A stretch of 62,286 bases of DNA, the filler included, from Stramenopiles sp. TOSAG23-3 (lineage: Eukaryota), in assembly GCA_900128585.1 (NCBI GenBank). It is 5 parts of 5 records of this genome, joined end to end, with 100 filler letters (N's around TTAATTAATTAA, not from the genome) between each part and the next. Parts side by side here need not be neighbours in the genome. Positions count along the whole stretch, not along the records: positions 27,972 to 55,672 come from LT642255.1; positions 55,773 to 57,877 come from LT645072.1; positions 57,978 to 60,082 come from LT645073.1; positions 60,183 to 62,286 come from LT645074.1; 1 more part is not named here. The stretch is one strand, 5' to 3'. Position numbers and translations under genes: made by a program. Positions 54,999 to 62,286 of the stretch are shown here, in pieces (the first letter of the stretch is position 1; every line of letters starts with the position of its first letter). The notes under the pieces are model-generated. The model had not been told where the DNA came from. It made no database searches and saw only the letters and a program-made list of their open reading frames with translations.

Positions 54999-55066
54999 CT
55001 TATTAATTTATAAATTTTTACGCGTAAACGTTTTTAAAAAATTGAATCGCGAAGGGTGTCTGACTA

Positions 55067-55672
55067 CTACCGCGCTTCGACCTTTAATCGCTTCGCCAAA
55101 CCGTTTGCTTTTCGACTCCATTGTCGCAACTTTTTTGCCATATCCTTGGTGTACGCTTCTCGCCCCTGGAGGGCGTCAAACTCTTTTTGCATTCGTTGCC
55201 ATTTATTTTCCCAGCTGCACACCATTTGTTGCATACCTTGCAATTCACTCACAGCGCCAGTCAACTGCACGTTTAAGCTGTCTTTTTCAGTATCCATGGC
55301 CTCCTTCTCTGTCAAAATACGTCTCTCAGCATCTTTTAACTCTTTCACCTGGTTTTGCAAGATAACACGAACGTCTTGCAGTTGTTTCACTTCATTTTCT
55401 TTGTTTTTTAAACGAAACTGAAGCTCTTGCATTCTTTTTTCCCGATTTTCCGTATCCTTTTTCATCGCGTCGTTTACGATTTTAAGTTTTGTTTCATTTG
55501 AGCTTCTTGCGCGCACTTCCCCGCTTTGGAATGCACTTACCTGCCCGTTCAACCGCTCGTTTGCACGTTTCACGGCATCTAATTCCTTTTCCTTTCTGTT
55601 CATTTTCATAATGATTTCGTTCAAGGAATCTTCTCTGTCTTTTTCTACTTTGGCTAGAAGGGCGTCTTTCTC
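55067..55672 (-). CDS. Coiled-coil protein, 3' fragment (truncated by contig end)
   Basis: Frame open up to the linker; K/E/Q-rich heptads. Confidence 0.7.
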   Translation of the reverse strand, partial: EKDALLAKVEKDREDSLNEIIMKMNRKEKELDAVKRANERLNGQVSAFQSGEVRARSSNETKLKIVNDAMKKDTENREKRMQELQFRLKNKENEVKQLQDVRVILQNQVKELKDAERRILTEKEAMDTEKDSLNVQLTGAVSELQGMQQMVCSWENKWQRMQKEFDALQGREAYTKDMAKKLRQWSRKANGLAKRLKVEAR

Positions 55673-55772
55673 NNNNNNNNNNNNNNNNNNNNNNNNNNNN
55701 NNNNNNNNNNNNNNNNTTAATTAATTAANNNNNNNNNNNNNNNNNNNNNNNNNNNNNNNNNNNNNNNNNNNN
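55673..55772. other. Artificial contig-joining linker
   Basis: N44-TTAATTAATTAA-N44. Confidence 0.97.
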
Positions 55773-57689
55773 CCAAACGTGCAAGATTTCTTGGAAGGCA
55801 ACGAAAGGTACGGGTACCCACCAGTGGAGGTGCTTGGCGAGCCGGGAAAAGAGTTCCACTACAGTGGGGGCGGGTTCCTCGTTTTGCAGCACATCATTGA
55901 AATGATGGAGGGCAAGAAGGCAATTGAAAAAATCATGGAGCCGTTTCTGGACCAACTGGGCATTTCGAACGAAGAACTGACGTTTGAACCAAAGCCAGAC
56001 CAGCGCATCGACGTTGCCCAAGGGTTTGACGACAAAGGCAATATGATCGTAGGGGGGAGGAAAATGTTCCCGGGGTATGCTGCCGGGGCGGTGGGCACCC
56101 CGGCGGCTGTCATGAAAGTGCTGGAACACTTGTCCATCGCGTTCTCGGACATCAACGGGTCGGGGCCAATTTCTCACGACACCGCCGTGACGATGCTGCA
56201 CGGGTCCGATAAGGGGTGCAAGAAGTTTATGGGGTGCAAAATGGGCGTTGGTGTCTTTGTCATGGAGGCCCGGCGAAACCGGTTTGCCCTTCACCAGGGC
56301 GCCAACGATGGGTACCGCGGGATGTTCCTGTACTGTTTCAGCGGGCCAGACAAAGGGGCCGGAATCGCAATATTTGCGAATGGAGACAACCGGGCAATGA
56401 TGATGATATCGGAAATGACACAGTGTATACTGAACGAAATGTTGCTCGAGGGGGTGGACGTGTCTAAGTTCTCAGAATCGTTTTCATTCGATCAAATAAA
56501 GCAGGAAGAGATCGTCAACTTTGGGTACAAGAAAATGGTGTTCGACGCTTTCCGGGAAGACCTGCCGGACATTATTGCCCCCCCACTGTTCACCAGCAGG
56601 TCATACGATCAGCCTGCCCCATTGGACCGACTGTCGCGGTACAACGGCGCCATTGGGGCGATGCTGGTGTCCACGACGAATCAAGGATTTGCGCAGGCGT
56701 CCAACCTAGTCCTTCCTTTTGTGCCGATGTTCGACGAGACCCTTTTTGGCCCCCACGGAAAAGTTATGGACAGCTGGGAATCTGTGCGCCACAACCCGAA
56801 AGAGTATGAACGGGCCGTTTTTGAGCTAAGGTCGCCAATGAACAACATTGCGTACCTGTCGCTCTCGACCAAATGGCACTTTGGAAACCAGGTCAAATTT
56901 GCCCAAGTATTTGGCAGCGAAAACTTGGACGAGGAAGAGTGGGTGCCGCTGATGGACAAGGCGAACCTGTCTGGCCACGCAGAGGTGCGCTTGGAGGCAT
57001 TGGGGACGGGCGGCAGGACGATCAGGTTCTTGAAAGTGCACGGGTACCCAGACGGTGGACTCTCGCGCATCGGTGTTTACGCCGATGGAGCCATTAGCGA
57101 CGAAACGGTTTTGAGCACCTTTGACGGAAACAGCATTCCGTTTCCGGACAAGATACCCCAAACGGTGAAACCAATGTCTATCGAATTCGACATGACCCCA
57201 GCGGAAGTGGAGGCGAACTTTAAAAAACTAGGGGCAGGGCAGGAGTACAATGTTGCCAGCACAACCTACGGGGGGTCCATAGTGTCCGTCACAAACGAGC
57301 ACTACGGCTCAAGCAGCCAGACCCTTTCCCCCTTTGTTCCATTGTCTATGTTTGACGGGTTCGAGTCAGCAAGGAGCCACAGCCGAACCCACGTAGAAAA
57401 AATGGTTTTAAAGCTTGGGCGAGCGAGCAACATTCATCGCATCGAGGTAGACTTTACGTTTTTTGTTCACAACAACCCCGTCGACATGCAGATATTTGGA
57501 AGCGAAACAAACGACGGCGACGAGAATAGTTGGACGTCGTTAACTGCTAAAACCCCAACGAAAGCCTTTAGGGGTAACACGAAAGCGTTCGACGTTTCCG
57601 AGTTTTCCGATCGAAAGATACAGTTTATAAAACTAATCATTTACCCCGATGGTGGATTCAACCGGATACGGGTCATGACGAGGGCATAG
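55773..57689 (+). CDS. Beta-lactamase-fold serine hydrolase / allantoicase fusion (5'-truncated)
   Basis: PGKEFHYSGGGF.VLQ, AAGAVGTP, HQGANDGYR, then two allantoicase repeats (MDSWESVRH..YPDGGLSRIGVY; MFDGFESAR..YPDGGFNRIRV). Confidence 0.85.
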   Translation, partial: PNVQDFLEGNERYGYPPVEVLGEPGKEFHYSGGGFLVLQHIIEMMEGKKAIEKIMEPFLDQLGISNEELTFEPKPDQRIDVAQGFDDKGNMIVGGRKMFPGYAAGAVGTPAAVMKVLEHLSIAFSDINGSGPISHDTAVTMLHGSDKGCKKFMGCKMGVGVFVMEARRNRFALHQGANDGYRGMFLYCFSGPDKGAGIAIFANGDNRAMMMISEMTQCILNEMLLEGVDVSKFSESFSFDQIKQEEIVNFGYKKMVFDAFREDLPDIIAPPLFTSRSYDQPAPLDRLSRYNGAIGAMLVSTTNQGFAQASNLVLPFVPMFDETLFGPHGKVMDSWESVRHNPKEYERAVFELRSPMNNIAYLSLSTKWHFGNQVKFAQVFGSENLDEEEWVPLMDKANLSGHAEVRLEALGTGGRTIRFLKVHGYPDGGLSRIGVYADGAISDETVLSTFDGNSIPFPDKIPQTVKPMSIEFDMTPAEVEANFKKLGAGQEYNVASTTYGGSIVSVTNEHYGSSSQTLSPFVPLSMFDGFESARSHSRTHVEKMVLKLGRASNIHRIEVDFTFFVHNNPVDMQIFGSETNDGDENSWTSLTAKTPTKAFRGNTKAFDVSEFSDRKIQFIKLIIYPDGGFNRIRVMTRA

Positions 57690-57730
57690 GCAGGGGTTTG
57701 CATTCTTGGTGGGGCGGTAAATTATTATTT

Positions 57731-57832
57731 AAAACAAGAAAATTGGCTGTTATTTAAGTAGACTAATTAAAATAATTATTATTTATTAAAATATCAAATT
57801 TTCTTTTTTTAAATTTAGCTTCCTCATATACC
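57731..57832 (+). repeat. Gene-3'-end element with detached tail
   Basis: AAAACAAGAAAATTGGCTGTTATTTAAGTA 41 nt past stop; AAATTTAGCTTCCTCATATACC at 57811-57832 resembles the tail of copies 1022 and 5800. Confidence 0.88.
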
Positions 57833-57877
57833 GCGAAAATGAATCTACTCAGCTTTTGTCCACATTTGAGGTTTACA

Positions 57878-57977
57878 NNNNNNNNNNNNNNNNNNNNNNN
57901 NNNNNNNNNNNNNNNNNNNNNTTAATTAATTAANNNNNNNNNNNNNNNNNNNNNNNNNNNNNNNNNNNNNNNNNNNN
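57878..57977. other. Artificial contig-joining linker
   Basis: N44-TTAATTAATTAA-N44. Confidence 0.97.
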
Positions 57978-58251
57978 TAAAGTACTTTTCTTCCTTTAAA
58001 CTTTTATTTTTTCGGATTGTTTTTATCCATCTGTCTCGGACGATACGTTGCATTTATTTTCGTCAAATTTCCTTGTTGTGTTTTTCGTTAATTTTGAGTC
58101 ATTCCTGATGATTTCTCATGATGTATGCGTGTATCTTTGATTGGCTGTTATTTCGTCAACGTCTTTTCTCTGCTGTTTGCTGCTTTTTCTTTTCTCTTTT
58201 TTCTTTTTTCTTTTTTCTTTTTTCTTTTTTGTTCTTCATCTCGTCGTTATT

Positions 58252-60082
58252 TTATTTAATTTTATACCCTTTGATTTTTTGGGAAATCCCTACATACATA
58301 GTGGTCACGTGATATTTAATTGCGGTAAGTTGTTGCAGGATTGGTTTCCATCGATTGTCGAGCGTACTGAAACATCTTATTGGTCCTCTGAGCGTACTTA
58401 GTGGGTACCCGGCTTGTAGGCATTCCGTGATGAATGTACTCGCCGATCGCCTCAGTTCGTATTCGTGTTCCTCTCCGTTTCGTGGGGAAAGTTGCTGTAT
58501 ACGTTTAAACATTCCGTACAGCTTTGCGGAGTGTCTGTTTTTTGGTCCAAATGATGTGTACGGCACGATGATCTTTAGTCGCTTGCTTGCCGGTTTTTTG
58601 TTTATTGAATCTTCGTTTTTTCTACGGTATCGCATCTTTATGTTCTTGTTGTCTGCTGTCGTGCTCATTTCTGCTTCTAGAAAGTTTGTTGATCCGTCGT
58701 CGTTAAGTGGTTCGTCTACTATTTTTAGTGGGCTTTCGAAGACCCCGAGTGGGGTGTCTTTTTTATCCTGAAATAGTCCTGCCAGTGTTTTTTTCGCTTG
58801 GATTAACGTGTTATTGTCTCTGGCGTCGTATGTTGCTATTGCGAACATGTCATCGACGTACCTAAGTATTGCCGTTGTACGGAATTGCCGTGGGTTTCGT
58901 TGTGCCCATTTTTCTAGTGCAACTGTAGCTAATGCGTTCGCCCCTGGTGGGGCAATTGCTTCTCCCATGGGGAAGCCTAATTGTTGTTTTCGTATGTGCT
59001 TTCCCTGTTGGTAGAATTGATTTCGCAGACTCCATGTGAGTATTTCTATAACCTCATTTGCTGTAATGATTCGATATTTGCGGTCGCCATAGGTACCAGT
59101 TGTCGTGTTTGTTACTCCAGCTGTTCCGCGCGTTCTAACTTTGTAGTATTCTGTTTTGTCCGCGGTCCTTTTTTGCAGATATTTTATCGATTCCAGCGCT
59201 TGTTTGTGGTTACAAAGCGTAAAGAAATTTTTTATATCACCTGGTCTAATAAGGTAGCGTGTGTGTATTCCGTATATTCCGATTCGTTTCTTCTCTTTTC
59301 GTATGTGATCGTGTAGTTTTAATGTGTCCTGTATGTGCCAATTTTGTGTCTTAATCTTCGCTTTTTTAATCCAATAGTTTACAACCTTTCCCGCTATTTT
59401 TAGCGCTTTTCCCGCTGGATTTTTAAAACTTGGTCGTACCGGTCTCTGTCTATTAATGTCTTTTTCCTTATTCATGTTATAAACAGGGCCAGGTATGTCG
59501 CCGTTGTTGTTCCATTTTCCAACGTTTGTCCAGTTGTATTCCTTTTTGATTTTTGTGATTATTTCACTTTTCGACTCTTGTACTTTCTCGTCTGTCTTGT
59601 ACATTTTGTGTATGGTGTTGTGGTATCGGCACGGGCATTCAATTGTTATTTCTCCCTTGTGCCTATCCATCGGGGATATTACCATCTCTTGTAATTCCTT
59701 TTTTATCTTTTTTAGGTCGGATGTTTTCACATAATCCTTCCTTGGGTATTTTATTCGTCTAATTCGTGGGCGTTCTGTACCTTCTGTTTGCTTAGGGCGT
59801 AGAGCTTTGCCCCTATCTCTTTGACTTTGCTTTTATCGTTTCCACGATAGTTGTACTCATGTTTTTTGATGGTACTGACTACTTGCTTTATACTTTCGGT
59901 ATTTTGAACAGTTAGTCTTGCCGATCTCAGTATTTTTTTGATGCTCTTCACATCCACCTTGTGATAGTCATCTTCGTCTTCTTCGTCTGATAGTTCCTCC
60001 AGTAGTTGCTTTGGAACGATAACCTTGTACACTAAATCGGACGTTCGGCGCCTTCCCAACTTCAGCAGTGCCCCGGAAAACA
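58252..60082 (-). mobile_element. Penelope-like retroelement reverse transcriptase (5'-truncated, two overlapping frames)
   Basis: VISPMDR..ITIECP..Y, GDIKNFFT, QQLGFPMGEAIAPPGAN, LRYVDDMF, NFLEAE, YRRK, thumb ..AGYP; no complete GIY-YIG seen. Confidence 0.82.
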
Positions 60083-60182
60083 NNNNNNNNNNNNNNNNNN
60101 NNNNNNNNNNNNNNNNNNNNNNNNNNTTAATTAATTAANNNNNNNNNNNNNNNNNNNNNNNNNNNNNNNNNNNNNNNNNNNN
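60083..60182. other. Artificial contig-joining linker
   Basis: N44-TTAATTAATTAA-N44. Confidence 0.97.
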
Positions 60183-60546
60183 GGCAAAATGAAAACAGCA
60201 GCAGTTACGACTGCTATGCGAGTGCCATTAGGTGCATTGTTATTGATTGCTTATGATCAAATTTTAACAAATACATCATCAAAAAAAAAGACGTGAAGAG
60301 AAGAAGAAGAAAAGGAGATTAAATAGGAACAGAGAAGAAAGTGGGGACAATATCTGGAGTACGTCTTAAACAGTACAATATAATACGATATTCGTATTTT
60401 TTAAAAATAAAATATTCGCGCGTAATATATTATTATGACCGCTAGGTTGATATTTAATTTTTTTTTTTATAAATATGATGATATCATATCATTACTTCAA
60501 GATTTAACAAAGAAGATCATTATCCACACCACACACACTTTTTTTT

Positions 60547-61944
60547 TCATTTTCGACCAAACTCTATTGATATCTCCTCACCATCTTTTAAAACAACCGC
60601 ACTATTACGACTTCCTACACCATCAAAATCCTCCAAGTTGGTAGAAAAGGACATCAATGAAGATTGTCTATGTATTATTTCATGTTTTGTACATAATGGT
60701 ATGAAAAAGCATGAAAAACATGGTAGAAATACACAAATTAACGAAACTGTAGCTAACGCTTCGCTAAGCGAATTAACATTACTATCAGTAACAGTTTCAT
60801 TATCTTCTATTGGAGAACCCCAAGTCATTATGTAAAACATTATCGCAACAATACTTGCAATAATTAATAATATACCAGACGCGACACGTGCAAGGTACCA
60901 TCTATGTTCGAAATGAGCAATTTTACTATCCGTTGTTTTCAATGCTTTTAACAACACATCACTTTCATATGATTTTAAAGTTGCAGTTGAAAAGGTTGAT
61001 TTTAAATGTTGATGATTTTTACTTAATATTTTATGGTCGTGAACATTACGGCCATGAATTTCAATTAAAAAACCGATTGATAAACCAAATAAAAATCCAA
61101 TAGCCCATTCAAAAGAATTATTTCCATAGCTAGATGTTGAAAATGTATCCGCAGATTTAATTATACGCTTCATTGCATTGTAAAATGGATATACCCATAC
61201 TATCAACAAGAAAATATCAAACATTCTACTAATTTTAATAAAATAAATTTCACTTTGAGTAAAAAATTGATTATTCCTCGGAGTCTGCATTGTCATATTA
61301 TTATCAATGGTATTATTATTAGGTACTACATCTTTATGAAATAATTTATTGAGGATCTTTACCATGAAATTTGTTATATAAAATCTAGCTTGGCAAAACA
61401 TACAGATACATAAAAATCCTTGAAATGTATGGCCTAATGTATTAAATGCATCTTTAGCATCATCAAATGTAAAACTATATTGATGAATTTCTTCACATTT
61501 CAAAATACTTTTAGTTTTATTCAATTTATTATCAAAACCATTTGTTTCATAACAATTTTTTGGACCGAAATCAAATGAAAAAATTGATGAATTGTAAAGT
61601 TGGAACGATGTTAAACGTATAATTAACATTAAAAATACCATCATCCAACCAGCTAATATCACTCTACCACCTGGCATGATCCAATATAATCTTTCATCTG
61701 GATGATGTTCTTTGTAAAAATAAGCAGTCAACGCAAAAATTATTGAAAATAATAAATATATAAAAGAAGACATAAAATATGGATGTACATTCTCTATAAA
61801 AACAAGGGAAAAAATAAACATAACTGCCATGGCAATGCTAAATGTTATATTCAATGATTTCATAACAACAACAGAAAACAATTTCTTTTCTACTTTTTGT
61901 TCCATACCAGCGGCTTCCTTTTCCAATTCATTGATTTTCCCCAT
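60547..61944 (-). CDS. Multi-pass membrane protein of unknown family, AT-rich codons
   Basis: 465-codon ORF with roughly 8 hydrophobic segments; may lack its 5' part. Confidence 0.65.
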   Translation of the reverse strand: MGKINELEKEAAGMEQKVEKKLFSVVVMKSLNITFSIAMAVMFIFSLVFIENVHPYFMSSFIYLLFSIIFALTAYFYKEHHPDERLYWIMPGGRVILAGWMMVFLMLIIRLTSFQLYNSSIFSFDFGPKNCYETNGFDNKLNKTKSILKCEEIHQYSFTFDDAKDAFNTLGHTFQGFLCICMFCQARFYITNFMVKILNKLFHKDVVPNNNTIDNNMTMQTPRNNQFFTQSEIYFIKISRMFDIFLLIVWVYPFYNAMKRIIKSADTFSTSSYGNNSFEWAIGFLFGLSIGFLIEIHGRNVHDHKILSKNHQHLKSTFSTATLKSYESDVLLKALKTTDSKIAHFEHRWYLARVASGILLIIASIVAIMFYIMTWGSPIEDNETVTDSNVNSLSEALATVSLICVFLPCFSCFFIPLCTKHEIIHRQSSLMSFSTNLEDFDGVGSRNSAVVLKDGEEISIEFGRK

Positions 61945-62286
61945 GTTTGATATGTGTGTGTTTTATATTATTATAAAAAGATTATTACACAAATTTCTAT
62001 TATTTTTTATTATTATTTATTCTTCGTATTAATTTATATTGTCTATTTTTTTCTTCGATTTTTCTTTGATTTTTCTTCTATCTTTATGCATGTATTTACT
62101 TTTATTGTACGTACGTATGATATATTGTTTCTCTCTTATATACATATTAATATCTATCTAATATCTATCCATTGTGCCACTATTATTGATTATTTTCTTG
62201 TTTGTATACTCAAGCAAGAAGTTCTAACAACTTGTAAAAAAATGAATTAATTAAATGAATTATAAAATAATGATGTGTGACTAACT

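Noticed and set aside
1063-57760. The ~30-nt repeat as a CRISPR array or spliced leader
   Set aside because: Copies are dispersed without regular spacers, no cas genes are present, and they lie at gene 3' rather than 5' ends.
58100-58130. CTGATGA near the PLE 3' end as a hammerhead ribozyme core
   Set aside because: It is on the strand opposite the RT and I could not find the GAAA core and flanking stems.

Overview
Eukaryotic, gene-dense and almost intron-free DNA from a probably flagellated protist (ODA-docking-complex, BBS10 and WDR49-like genes; stramenopile-like, which is an inference). It is not one continuous locus: four N44-TTAATTAATTAA-N44 linkers join five contigs (1-27871, 27972-55672, 55773-57877, 57978-60082, 60183-62286), as in concatenated MAG/SAG assemblies. 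About 30 CDSs are present, mostly housekeeping (RPS19, mitochondrial L4, MPP-alpha, Tim44, AIP1, SYS1, IPMK, RluA-type pseudouridine synthase, taxilin, Myb), separated by very AT-rich spacers. The most striking unexplained signal is a dispersed ~30-100 bp element with core AAAAACAAGAAAATTGGCTGTTATTTAAGTAATT. It occurs at least 12 times, mostly within ~150 nt downstream of a stop codon and in the same orientation as that gene. It has a fixed gene-proximal end, two alternative distal tails (one telomere-like), TSD-like flanks at two copies, and a 14-nt match in the 3' flank of an apparently endonuclease-less Penelope-like reverse transcriptase. Other oddities: a beta-lactamase-fold/allantoicase fusion, a Tim44 with inserted WW and EF-hand domains, a GH79 with a Cys-rich insert, a myristoylated NACHT-WD40 protein, and two genes each broken by one extra G in a poly-G run.
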